From positions 42,178-106,177 of the forward strand of contig CBDFKY010000004.1 of NCBI GenBank assembly GCA_965248995.1: a DNA stretch of 64,000 bases, in the 5' to 3' direction. Position 1 is the first letter of the stretch. Each line of letters begins with the position of its first letter. The notes beneath the pieces were generated by a model. It saw nothing but the letters and a program-made list of their open reading frames with translations, did no database searches and was not told where the DNA came from. Positions 30,532 through 40,524 of the stretch are shown in pieces. Source of the DNA: Rickettsiales bacterium. GTDB taxonomy: Bacteria; Pseudomonadota; Alphaproteobacteria; Rickettsiales; UBA998. Both the position numbers and the translations under genes were made by a program.

Positions 30532-31875
30532 ATGAATATTCCGGCCGCGGCGGCTACAGTCTGGGGATATTTCCCCAAAGCTTCTTCGGAGCTTTCCTCT
30601 CCCGGCGAAGTGGGAGACACGTCACCCATCCCTTTGTCGGCGTCATGGATGACACGCTTTCGCCGCTATGCGGGCATAGGGTTTCTTATTTCCGTCGGCT
30701 ATATGGATCCGGGAAACTGGGCGACTGATATCGAAGGCGGCTCACGCTTTGCCTATCAGCTTTTATGCGTGATCCTACTGTCGAGCCTGGTGGCGATGGT
30801 GCTGCAGACGCTTTGCGTGCGCCTTGGGGTGGTGACGGGTAAGGATATCGCCCGTCATTGCCGCGAGCAGTTTTCTCCCGGCCTGAATCGGGGCTTGTGG
30901 GCATTGGCGCAGATTGCCATCATTGCGTGTGACTTTGCCGAGGTGCTGGGCACGGCCTTGGCGTTGCAGTTGCTCTTGGGATTGCCCCTGAAATGGGGCA
31001 TTCTGCTGACGGCGTGCGATACGGTGATATTACTTGTATTGCAGGCGAACGGTTATATGCGCATCGAGCGGTTCGTCATGCTGCTGGTGCTTATCATCAG
31101 CGGGGCCTTGTTCATCGAGGTCTTCATGAGCCGGCCTGACTGGCTCGCTGTCATGCACGGATTCGTCCCGAGTACGGACATCCTCCAGCATCACGAAAGC
31201 TGGCTGATCGCGATCGGTATCCTGGGGGCGACGGTCATGCCGCATAACCTTTACCTGCATTCTTCACTGGTCAGTACACGCAAACTCCTGCCGGGCGATG
31301 CATCAAAGAGGGACGCCATTCGCCTGTTGACCGTCGATACGTTGGTTACATTAACGCTGGCTTTCTTTGTGAATGCTTCCATTCTCATCATTGCCGCCAG
31401 CGTCTTCCACTTTACCGGCCACCGGAATGTCACCACCATTAACGAAGCCTATAACCTTCTGACACCCTTATTGGGCTTATCCGCCGCCAGCCTCCTGTTC
31501 GGCGTCGCGCTGCTCGCTTCCGGCCAGAGTTCCACTCTGACGGGAACCATGGCGGGACAGATCATTTTACAGGGCTTTTTGAACCTCCGCATTTCACGCT
31601 GGCAACAGCGGTTCCTGACGCGCCTGAGCGCCGTTGTACCGGCATGGGTCGCCATCATGTGGTTCGGTGAGGGAATTCTGGGTAAATTGCTGGTGATGAG
31701 TCAGGTGGTTCTCAGCATGCAACTGCCGTTCGCGATGATCCCTCTCATCATGTTCACCGGCAATACAGCCATCATGGGTTCCTATCGTATGTCGCCCGCC
31801 TTTAAGATCGGTTGCTGGGCGATAAGCGGCGTTATCGTCGCCGCCAATATATATCTGCTTGCCTCAATGTTTTAA
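30532..31875 (+). CDS. mntH: Nramp-family Mn2+ transporter
   Basis: YMDPGNWATD, GATVMPHNLYLHS, SGQSSTLTGTMAGQ, SQVVLSMQLPFA. Confidence 0.95.
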   Translation: MNIPAAAATVWGYFPKASSELSSPGEVGDTSPIPLSASWMTRFRRYAGIGFLISVGYMDPGNWATDIEGGSRFAYQLLCVILLSSLVAMVLQTLCVRLGVVTGKDIARHCREQFSPGLNRGLWALAQIAIIACDFAEVLGTALALQLLLGLPLKWGILLTACDTVILLVLQANGYMRIERFVMLLVLIISGALFIEVFMSRPDWLAVMHGFVPSTDILQHHESWLIAIGILGATVMPHNLYLHSSLVSTRKLLPGDASKRDAIRLLTVDTLVTLTLAFFVNASILIIAASVFHFTGHRNVTTINEAYNLLTPLLGLSAASLLFGVALLASGQSSTLTGTMAGQIILQGFLNLRISRWQQRFLTRLSAVVPAWVAIMWFGEGILGKLLVMSQVVLSMQLPFAMIPLIMFTGNTAIMGSYRMSPAFKIGCWAISGVIVAANIYLLASMF

Positions 31876-31918
31876 TTGGGTGGCATGAAGTCTATAAAGC
31901 CAGTCCTGTAAATAGCAA

Positions 31919-31955
31919 ATGGAAAAGGGACAGCGTGATTCTGTCCCTTTTCCAT
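31919..31955. terminator. Bidirectional terminator between convergent mntH and glgX
   Basis: 15-bp perfect stem ATGGAAAAGGGACAG / CTGTCCCTTTTCCAT. Confidence 0.8.
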
Positions 31956-31978
31956 ATTACAAATTTACGTAAATGATA

Positions 31979-34060
31979 CTAAACGGTTTTTTCCTGCAAC
32001 AGCACGAGGGAGCGCCCCTGCAAGGGATAGACTTTCCCCGCCTCAAACGTTTCCGCTTCCTTTTCGCTCACCTGATCCGTATCGAACAGGCATTCCCATA
32101 TCGCGCCGTAATCAGCGCCCGGCAAGGTGAAATCGACATGGTCATGCCAGGCATTGAACAGTAAGATAAACGGACCGTCCTTGGCTTTTTCATCGGTGAA
32201 ATGGAGACCCAGCGTTTTCGCATTGCCATCGTTCCACTCCTCCTCCTTCATGATGCTGCCGCTGGCTGACAACCAGTTCACGTGCGGTATCATCTCCCCT
32301 TCATGCGTACGTCCCGAATAAAAATGCGAGCGTCCGAGCGCGGGGTGTTCGCGGCGCAGCCGTATGATGCGTCTGATAAACTCCAGCAGCGCCTGCTGTG
32401 GTTCGGAAAGCTGCCAGTTGATCCAGGTGATTTCGCTGTCCTGACAATAGGCATTGTTGTTGCCCTGCTGGCTGTGGCCTATTTCATCACCTGCCAGCAA
32501 CATCGGAACGCCTTGCGAGAACAGCAGGGTGGCGAGCATATTGCGCAGCTGTTTGAAGCGGAGCGTATTGACCTCGGCATTGTCGGTCGGTCCTTCCTCG
32601 CCGCAGTTCCAGCTTTTATTGTCGTCGTGCCCGCTTTGCTCCTGGTTCGCTTCGTTATGCGGCGCGTTGTACGAGACCAGATCCATCGCGTTGAAACCGT
32701 CATGTGCGGTGAGGAAATTCACGCTCGCCCAGGGTTTCCTTCCGCGGTTGTCGAAAATGTCGGCGGAGCCGGCGAGTCGTGCCGAAAATTCGGGCAATAT
32801 CCCGTCCTCCCCTTTCCAGAATTGGCGCACCGTATCGCGGTATTTGCCGTTCCATTCCGACCAACCGGGAGGGAACCCGCCTACTTGGTACCCGTAACTG
32901 CCGATGTCCCACGGCTCCGCGATCATCTTCACGTTGCTGAGGACGGGATCCTGCCGCACAGCGCGGAAGAACCCGCTGTTCTGCCTGAAGTCATGGTTTT
33001 CCTCACGTCCGAGTGCAGGTGCCAGATCGAAACGAAAGCCGTCCACACGCATTTCAGTCGCCCAGTAACGCAGCGAATCCATGACGAGTTGCAGCACACG
33101 GGGGTGCGATAAATCGAACGTATTGCCGCAGCCCGTGGTATCGTAATATTGCTGTTTGTCCTCTTCGACCAGACGATAATACGATGCGTTGTCGATGCCG
33201 CGGAACGAGAAAGTCGGACCCATATGGTTGCCTTCGGCGGTGTGGTTGTAGACCACGTCGAGGATCACTTCGATGCCCGCTTCATGTAACGCATCGACCG
33301 TATCCAAGAATTCCTGGAGCTGCCCGGTCGCCAGATAGCGGGGATCTGGAGCGAAAAATCCGATCGAATTGTATCCCCAGTAATTACTCAAGCCCTTTTC
33401 AATTAAAAAGCGATCGTTCAGAAACGTATGGACGGGTAACAGCTCTATCGCCGTGACGCCGAGCTTTACGAGATAGTCAATCACCGACGGTTCCGCCAGC
33501 GCAGCCATGGTACCGCGGATTTTCTCGGGCACATCGGGATTTAACTGGGTGAATCCTTTGATATGGGCTTCGTAAATGATGCTTTCGGCAAAACTGGTGC
33601 GGGGTTTTTCCACGTCGCTCGCCGGAAAATCACCCACTACCTGGCATTTCGCCATGAACGGAGCGCTGTCGCGCTCGTCAAAGCTCATATCCTTTTGCTC
33701 ACTGCCGACCTGATACGCATGAAGTGCATCGTCCCAGATGAAATCCCCGACAATTGATCGCGCATAAGGATCGAGCAATAGTTTATTCGAATTGAAACGA
33801 TGGCCGTTTTTCGGATCATACGGGCCGTGAGCGCGGTACCCGTAAAGCTGCCCCGGCTTGATTCCCTCTACGTAGCCATGAAAAACCTCATCCGTGTATT
33901 CCGGCAGTTCAATGCGCTCTATCTCCTGCTTTCCCTGCTCATCGAACAGGCAGAGTTCCATTTTGGTGGCGTTGGCCGAGAAGATGGCGAAATTCACGCC
34001 GTTGCCGTCATAGGTCGCACCGAGCGGGTTGGATTCGCCGGCTTTTATTTTTCTGGTCAT
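31979..34060 (-). CDS. glgX: Glycogen debranching enzyme (GH13)
   Basis: PLGATYDGNGVNFAIFS, NYWGYN, DVVYNHTAEG, VDGFRFDLA, AEPWD, TAHDGF; start set at the ATG after AAGGAAAGG. Confidence 0.96.
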   Translation of the reverse strand: MTRKIKAGESNPLGATYDGNGVNFAIFSANATKMELCLFDEQGKQEIERIELPEYTDEVFHGYVEGIKPGQLYGYRAHGPYDPKNGHRFNSNKLLLDPYARSIVGDFIWDDALHAYQVGSEQKDMSFDERDSAPFMAKCQVVGDFPASDVEKPRTSFAESIIYEAHIKGFTQLNPDVPEKIRGTMAALAEPSVIDYLVKLGVTAIELLPVHTFLNDRFLIEKGLSNYWGYNSIGFFAPDPRYLATGQLQEFLDTVDALHEAGIEVILDVVYNHTAEGNHMGPTFSFRGIDNASYYRLVEEDKQQYYDTTGCGNTFDLSHPRVLQLVMDSLRYWATEMRVDGFRFDLAPALGREENHDFRQNSGFFRAVRQDPVLSNVKMIAEPWDIGSYGYQVGGFPPGWSEWNGKYRDTVRQFWKGEDGILPEFSARLAGSADIFDNRGRKPWASVNFLTAHDGFNAMDLVSYNAPHNEANQEQSGHDDNKSWNCGEEGPTDNAEVNTLRFKQLRNMLATLLFSQGVPMLLAGDEIGHSQQGNNNAYCQDSEITWINWQLSEPQQALLEFIRRIIRLRREHPALGRSHFYSGRTHEGEMIPHVNWLSASGSIMKEEEWNDGNAKTLGLHFTDEKAKDGPFILLFNAWHDHVDFTLPGADYGAIWECLFDTDQVSEKEAETFEAGKVYPLQGRSLVLLQEKTV

Positions 34061-34285
34061 ACCTTTCCTTTTACTATTCTGTAGAGTTACTGATGCGCGG
34101 TTGCGCCACTTTGTCGGGAACGTCCGTTGGACATGTCTGACCACTTAACTCAAGACAGGAAAATAAGCGAGGAAACAGCGTGTATCGTAACCGGATTTTC
34201 TCTTGGCTATACCTTTAAGAGGTAAAAGCGATCAAAAGAAGCTGTATTCCGTTCACCACACGAGATGTCACACAAGCATAAAAAA

Positions 34286-35373
34286 CTAGATTGTCGTAAC
34301 GGGCTTTGAGGAAATCTCCGAGGAAATGGCACCTGCCAGCAGATCGGAAAGTTTTTCAAAGTTGATGGGTTTGACGAGATGATGATCGAATCCGGCTTCC
34401 TGGGCGAGCTGTCTGTCCCGTTCCTGTCCCCAGCCGGTCTGTGCGGCGATCATCAGCGTGTCCTTGAAACGGGGATTCTGGCGCAGAGCCCGGCAAAGGT
34501 CATACCTGTTCATCCCAGGCAGGCCGATATCGAGCAGAATGGCGTTCGGATGAAAGGTCCGGGCGGTCGCCAGCGCTTCGTCCCCATCATGCGCCAGGCT
34601 CGGTTCATAGCCGAGCATTTCCAGCATCCAGCCGATGGTTTTGGCGGAAGGTACGTTGTCATCCACCACAAGCACCCGCAGGGCGCCGGCTGTTTTCGCT
34701 TCAGCGTTTTCCGGTTCCGCATCGTTTCCAACCATTTCTTCTATCGCTTCTGCCAGAGGAAAGCGCACCGTGAACATGCTGCCCTGACCCATCCCGTCGC
34801 TCTTCGCCTCTATTTCCGCGCCGTGCATTTCAAGCAGTTGCTTCACCAGGGCGAGCCCGATGCCGAGTCCCCCTTGCGAGCGTTCCAGATTGCGGTCCAC
34901 CTGCGTGAAGAGGTCGAACACCCTTGGCAGCATGTCGGCGGGGATGCCAAGCCCCGTATCGGACACGGACAACACCGCATGGCTGCCCTCGCTATGGGCG
35001 GATACCGTAACATGCCCGCCTTCCGGCGTGTATTTCGCGGCATTGTTCAGCAGATTGCTGACGATCTGCGCGACACGTGTCAGATCCGCATCCAGCCAGA
35101 GCGGTGTTTCCGGTATATCGAGCTGAAGCGTATGGTGGTTTTCCTCGATCAGCGGGCGGCTGGCCTCGAGAGCCGCCGTCACCGCGCTTTGCAACGTGAT
35201 GCGTTCCTTGCGCAGGTCGATCTTTCCCTGGATGACGCGGGAGACGTCTAGCAGATCGTCGATCAGGCGCACCAGGTGGGTAAGCTGGCGATCCATCATG
35301 CTGCGCACTTCCTCCGCCCTATTTCCGCTGGGAAGGCGCGCAGGATATGCAGGCCGTTACGAATGGGGGCGAG
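34286..35373 (-). pseudogene. Hybrid histidine kinase-receiver remnant lacking its N-terminus and phospho-His
   Basis: Begins abruptly at LAPIRNGLHILR (H-box HELRNP missing), frameshifts into PSGNRAEEVRSMMDRQL; HATPase NLLNNAAKY/GLGIGL and REC VVDD..LLDIGLP retained. Confidence 0.85.
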
Positions 35374-35419
35374 TGACCGACATGTAGTTTTTTATGTTCC
35401 ATGCATATGCTTCTTTTAT

Positions 35420-35758
35420 TTAACGGAGGGCGGCGGGGCGCAGTTGCAACCCTACCAGCGTACGTTCGGTGTTGGATAAATCGCCCACGATCTTGCATAA
35501 CGGTTCGGGCAGTTTCCGTATCAAGGTGGGAATGGCTACGATCTGGTCACCAGCGGCAAGCTGGGGATTCTGGATCAGGTCGATGACTTCTATGCTGTAG
35601 CACCCTTGCAGATGCTCCTCGCATATCCGCTTCAGGTTTTTAAAGGCGGCGACGGATTTGGGCGTTTGTCCGGCGATATAAAGCCGCAGTTCCCACCTTT
35701 CTTCGTGAGGCGAGAGGGAAGGCGGTTGATCCGGTTTTTGCTCCATGTCAGGATTCAT
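35420..35758 (-). CDS. kaiB: Circadian clock KaiB family protein (intact)
   Basis: [44 protein letters not shown]. Confidence 0.95.
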   Translation of the reverse strand: MNPDMEQKPDQPPSLSPHEERWELRLYIAGQTPKSVAAFKNLKRICEEHLQGCYSIEVIDLIQNPQLAAGDQIVAIPTLIRKLPEPLCKIVGDLSNTERTLVGLQLRPAALR

Positions 35759-37520
35759 GAGCGTTTACCCTGCGTTTTGAGCGAGGCGGTTTGAGCCTCC
35801 CCCGTGCTGCGGACATCCGCCTTGCGACTCTGTGCCATTCGCTCGCGGTCGGCATGCTTGACTTCCGTGCGCCGTTGATCGAACCCGATGACGCGCTGCG
35901 TCTCATGTTCCTCCGCTTCGAATTCCTTACGCATGGCGGTGATGCGTGCTTCCAGCGCTTCCCGCCGATGGGAAAGTTCGCGCTCCTTGGCGTCCATTTC
36001 CTGCTGATGCGCCAGCAACACCGCCTTTTCCCGCGCTTCCTGCGTCTGGCGCATCGAGCCGGTCAGTACGCCCTCTGGTCCCAGGTAAACGTCGAGCAGT
36101 TCGATGCCCCGGTCGGTAAGTAGGAATTCCCGCAGCTGGTTCGAATGCGCCATGCCGCGAGACTTCAGAATATAAATGGCACGGTTACGTTCTCCGCCCC
36201 AGTTCAATATCGCGCAGCAGGATCCATGTATCCACCAGCGAGGAGATATCCACATCGGTTTTTTCCAGATTCCTGTCGCCGGGATTGAGGTTTGTCAAAA
36301 ATGCGGTGATATTGCGCTGTTTTAAAAGATCGATCAGCCGCGTCAGCATGGCCGTCGCGTCCTGATGGCTCCCGGCATGAAGCAAACTGCCGATGGGGTC
36401 GATCACAACCACCTGCGGTTCGATCTGGCGCAGCAGTTTATGAAACGATGCCAGATGCATCTCCAGCCCGAACATGGTGGAGCGGATGGCGTGGAAATGC
36501 AGCAATCCCTTTTTTACCCAACCGCCGAGGTCTATCCCGATCGAGGACATGTTGCGGATCACCTGGCTCGGGGATTCCTCAAGTGCGAAATACAGGCACT
36601 TTTCCCCCCGCTGGCACGCCGCCTGTGCGAAATGCGCGGCCATGCTGCTTTTTCCACTTCCCGCCGTGCCGGAAACCAGCACACTGCTGCCGCGGAAGTA
36701 CCCATGTCCGCCCAGCATGGTATCGAGGCGGGCGACGCCCGATGAGACGCGCTCGTTTGAGACTTCATGATGCAATCCGGCGGAAGTGATGGGCAGGACG
36801 CTGATGCCGTCCTCATCGATCAAGAATGGGTATTCGTTGGTGCCGTGTACGGTGCCGCGATATTTGACGATGCGCAGCCGCCGGGTCGATACCTGGTCAA
36901 TGACGCGATGATCGAGCAGGATCACGCAATCGGAAACATATTCTTCCAGTCCCTACCGGGTGAGCGTCCCGTCACCGCGTTCGCCCGTAATAATCGCCGT
37001 GACGCCCTTATCTTTCAGCCAGCGGAACAGGCGCCGCAGTTCCGAGCGCAGGATTGTCTGGTTCGCCAGCCCGCTGAACAAGGTCTCGATCGTATCCAGC
37101 ACAACGCGTTTCGCGCCGATGGAATCGATGGCATAGCCCAGTCGGACGAACAGGCCTTCCAGATCATACTCTCCGGTTTCCTTGATCTCGCTCGGTTCCA
37201 CGCGGATAAAATCGATGGCCATTTGTTTCTGGCGGATCAATTCCTCCAGGTCGAATCCGAGCGAAGCCACGTTCTGCGTCAATTCTTCCGGTGTTTCTTC
37301 GAAGGCGATGAACACGCCGGGCTCGTTAAACGCGATGGCGCCACGCACCAGAAATTCTATCGCCAGCAACGTCTTGCCGCAGCCGGCGCTGCCGCATACC
37401 AGCGTCGGTCTGCCCTTGGGAAAGCCGCCGCCCGTAATCTCATCCAGCCCGTCGATTCCGGTGGAGGTTTTCGATAACGTTGTGAGGATAGGGGCGTTTG
37501 CGCGTCCAAGAAGATTTCAT
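35755..37520 (-). pseudogene. kaiC: KaiC (double ATPase domain, KaiC2-like with coiled-coil tail), three lesions
   Basis: TGIDGLDEITGGGFPKGRPTLVCGSAGCGKT, EE motifs, GTAGSGKS, DISSLVDTW, KSRGMAHSNQ; frameshift near 37480-37520, TAG at 36953-55 (TR*GLEEYVSD), extra G at 36197-36200. Confidence 0.93.
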
Positions 37521-37736
37521 ACGCTCCTTTTTAACGGTTGTAGCAGGGGCGAGTATCGCTTCGAGTTCTTCCCGCAGATATAAATGGTACCCGCTCATCG
37601 GATGGCGCCGCGCCACGATCTTGCTCTACCGGTCCCAGTTGCGAAACGTCCTGATGGATACGCCTGTAAGTACCGCAGCCTCGCTGATGCGAAGCGCCTG
37701 AGGCAGAGTTCGAATATTTAAGGCGTGTTCCATCAT
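37521..37736 (-). pseudogene. MerR-type helix-turn-helix domain with an internal TAG, reading into the kaiC start
   Basis: MMEHALNIRTLPQALRISEAAVLTGVSIRTFRNWDR*SKIVARRHPMSGYHLYLREEL; translated by hand, not in the ORF track. Confidence 0.75.
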
Positions 37737-38348
37737 TACCCTAGGGCGGCGCCTTTCCACTGTCTATCAAAATAAGCCGGAAGAAAAATTATTTTAATCA
37801 GACATGTTTTTTAAAAGGCTGATTTTGACAGCGCGTTTTTCTTCTGCACTTCCAAGAGATGTTTTTTTGCTGACAACGCTGGATGCTCCATTCCTGGATT
37901 CGTCCCCACAGGACTGGAAACATAGAAATTCATATGCCCTATTGACGCGTGAAAGAGAAGGTTAATCCCTAAAATTTCCCCGGCAGAATGAAAAGAGGAA
38001 TCATCGAAATGAAACAGAGCAAACCTTGAATGATATCACATCCTCGATATGCATCGGAGAGGGAGGGTTAATCATTACAGTAGTTCTCACTCTAATTAAG
38101 GATGGACGGGTAATCTGGTTTATGAAAATTCGGAGTGTCTCACATTGATGGCGTTGCCCACACTGTCCATATCGCAACATGAATCTTATCGGTGGAATCA
38201 GGACAGTGAACTGCTCGAAGTGTATCCAGCATCTCCAGCCACAATTCGAAGACCGGCTATCACGTTTTTTGCTCGCTTCTGCCCGTATTTAAGAAGATAT
38301 ATACAGCGGGCCGAACTTGACGTATAAATCCGGGAAAGTAGAAACATC

Positions 38349-39047
38349 ATGGCACATTTCCTCATCATCGCGGCAGGCAGTGCCATCGCTCAGGCAACCG
38401 TTTCCCTGCTTCATCAGGCAGGGCACAGCACCTTTACCACCGCGCGTGACGGGCATAAAATTACGCCGGACGCCATACTCGATGCGACGGATTTCGACGC
38501 CGTCGACGAGGTGTTCAAAAAAGCGGGCGATATTGCCGGGGTACTTAACTGCAGTGGTTCCCTGCTGCTCAAGTCAGCGCATCTGACCAGCAAGGAACAA
38601 TACGCGGCTACCATCGATGCGTCACTTACGACCGCTTTCGCGACGGTGCGGGGTGCCGGAAAACATATGACGAAAGGGGGATCGGTGGTGCTGGTATCCT
38701 CGGCAGCGGCGATGGAAGGACTCGCCAACCACGAGGCGATCGCAGCCGCGAAAGCAGGCATCCTGGGGCTGACGCTTTCAGCCGCGGCAACCTATGCGCC
38801 GATGCATCTGCGCATCAACGCGGTAGCGCCGGGACTGACCGAAACACCGCTCACGACGGCCCTTACGGGGAACGAAACGTCGCGTAAATTCTCCGAAGCC
38901 ATGCACGCGCTCGGGCGGCTCGGGAAACCACAAGACGTGGCGCGGGCGATCGTTTTTCTGCTGGATCCGGAAAACAGTTGGATAACCGGGCAGGTGCTCG
39001 CGGTGGACGGCGGGCTGTCGCGTGTGCGGCCGAAAATGAAAGTATGA
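38349..39047 (+). CDS. Short-chain dehydrogenase/reductase (atypical, photolyase-cluster type)
   Basis: AAGSAIA, SSAAA, NHEAIAAAKAG (catalytic Tyr absent), RINAVAPGLT, WITGQVLAVDGG. Confidence 0.88.
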   Translation: MAHFLIIAAGSAIAQATVSLLHQAGHSTFTTARDGHKITPDAILDATDFDAVDEVFKKAGDIAGVLNCSGSLLLKSAHLTSKEQYAATIDASLTTAFATVRGAGKHMTKGGSVVLVSSAAAMEGLANHEAIAAAKAGILGLTLSAAATYAPMHLRINAVAPGLTETPLTTALTGNETSRKFSEAMHALGRLGKPQDVARAIVFLLDPENSWITGQVLAVDGGLSRVRPKMKV

Positions 39048-39295
39048 AAATCGAACACCCGGAAGCCTTCATCAGCGATATCATTCGTATGGCATGGGCG
39101 GATGACGTATCTTTCGATACGATCAAAAAAGAGAAGGGAATCGGCGAAGCGGAGGTGATCAGACTCATGCGCGGCCATTTGAAAGCCGGTAGTTTCAGGC
39201 TATGGCGCAGGCGCGTGTCCGGTCGCGGTTCCAAACACGAAAAGCGGGCGAGGATGTTGCGTCAGGCATTCGAAGTGTCCTATCGTCATCAGTAG
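39044..39295 (+). CDS. TIGR03643/DUF2805 family protein
   Basis: IIRMAWADDVSFDTI..EAEVIRLMR..LKAGSFRLWRRRVSGR..KH. Confidence 0.85.
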   Translation: MKIEHPEAFISDIIRMAWADDVSFDTIKKEKGIGEAEVIRLMRGHLKAGSFRLWRRRVSGRGSKHEKRARMLRQAFEVSYRHQ

Positions 39296-39309
39296 CATAG
39301 GATCGTTAC

Positions 39310-39762
39310 ATGCGCTTGAATATGATGTTACTGGGTTTCATGCTTTACGGAGAAGCGGCAATGGCGGCGGATGAGAGTAAAAACGTGCTCGGTGCACCTC
39401 TGGAACAACACAATGCCGAGCTGTCGACCGGGTTTTACCGGGACGGTTTCTGCCATACGGGTGCGGACGATGACGGATCGCACGTAATAGCCGCCCTCGT
39501 TACGGACGATTTTTTAAAATTCACCAAAGCGCAGGGCAATGATTTGCGCACACCTCGTCTGGAGTACCGTTTCCCCGGCTTAAAGGCGGGTGATCGCTGG
39601 TGCATCTGCGCCGCTCGCTGGAGCGATGCGCAGAAGGTGGGCGTCGCGCCGCCGGTCGACCTCTCGGCCACCCATCAGAAAGCGCTGGAGACCATCCCAT
39701 TGGAAACGCTGAAAAAAATACCAGACGCCATAAATGGAAACGCTGAAAAAACAGTTCGATAG
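39310..39762 (+). CDS. DUF2237 family protein with a signal-like N-terminus; probable extra A near the 3' end
   Basis: NVLG..L, TGFYRDG, GNDL.TP..EY.FPGLKAGDRWCICAARW; with A6 instead of A7 at 39712-18 it would end at TAA 39733, flush with the next ATG. Confidence 0.85.
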   Translation: MRLNMMLLGFMLYGEAAMAADESKNVLGAPLEQHNAELSTGFYRDGFCHTGADDDGSHVIAALVTDDFLKFTKAQGNDLRTPRLEYRFPGLKAGDRWCICAARWSDAQKVGVAPPVDLSATHQKALETIPLETLKKIPDAINGNAEKTVR

Positions 39763-40524
39763 CCGCGACAGTCTGATCGCTTACGTCCGGGCGCTTTCTC
39801 CGTGGGCTGAAGGTGAGCGCAGCGGCGTTCAGGGCGGCGGCAGAAAGCTGAGATGAAGCTCGCCGCCATCGATCCGATCGCCTACGCCAATACCCGTAAT
39901 TACGGCGACGGCGCCATTACCCGCCTTTCGCCCTATATTCATCACGGGATCTTAAGTTTGAACGAGGTGCGCAACCACGCCCTCACCCGATGCAGCGAAC
40001 CGGTGCAGATCGGCAAATTCATTCAGGAGCTGGGCTGGCGTGATTTCTGGCAGCGCGTGCTGGCGAGACACCCCGAATTCGCATGGCACGACGCCGAGCC
40101 TTATAAGACCGGTTTCGATGCAGGGGATTATGCGGAAACGCTGCCGGACGACATTAGGCAAGGGGAAACCGGCGTCGCGTGCATCGACGCATTTATCCGC
40201 GAACTGACGGCGACGGGATTCATCCACAATCACGCCCGCATGTATCTGGCGAGCTATATCGTGCATTTTCGCCGCGTCTGATGGCAAACGGGGGCCGAGT
40301 GGTTCCTGCATCACCTGCTTGACGGCGATATGGCGAGCAATAACCTTTCATGGCAATGGGTGGCGAGCACCTTCAGCAACAAGCCGTATATTTTCAACCT
40401 TGAGAATGTCGCCAACTATTTCGGCGCTTTGGTCGATGTGTCCCCGTCAGCCAATGCGTCGCTCGATGCCAGTTATGAAACCTTGCGAGCGCGATTGTTC
40501 CCGCAGCTGGGGAGGGGAGAATGA
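39734..40524 (+). pseudogene. Short photolyase/cryptochrome FAD-binding-domain protein, frameshifted and with a nonsense codon
   Basis: YANTRNY..TRLSPYIHHG, KFIQELGWRDFW, ETGVACID, TGFIHNHARMYLAS, then TGA 40279-81 and in-frame WQTGAEWF..LLDGDMASNNLSWQWVAST; 1-nt deletion near 39835. Confidence 0.88.

Noticed and set aside
36953-37628. TAG-to-Gln recoding or suppression: both in-frame TAGs in the HTH-kaiC region fall at plausible Gln positions after CCGG, and a tRNA-Gln is nearby
   Set aside because: The tRNA anticodon is TTG, not CTA; rpoC, fliC, fliS and others end normally in TAG; the same region also has frameshifts, so decay is the simpler explanation.
37740-38345. Short ORFs (38145-38327, 38198-38386) or a structured RNA in the Kai/photolyase intergenic region
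   Set aside because: No recognisable motif, RBS or convincing fold; may be decayed sequence but cannot be assigned.
40279-40281. In-frame TGA in the photolyase as selenocysteine or Trp recoding
   Set aside because: Not a Cys position, TGA is a normal stop elsewhere in the window, and the gene has a separate frameshift.
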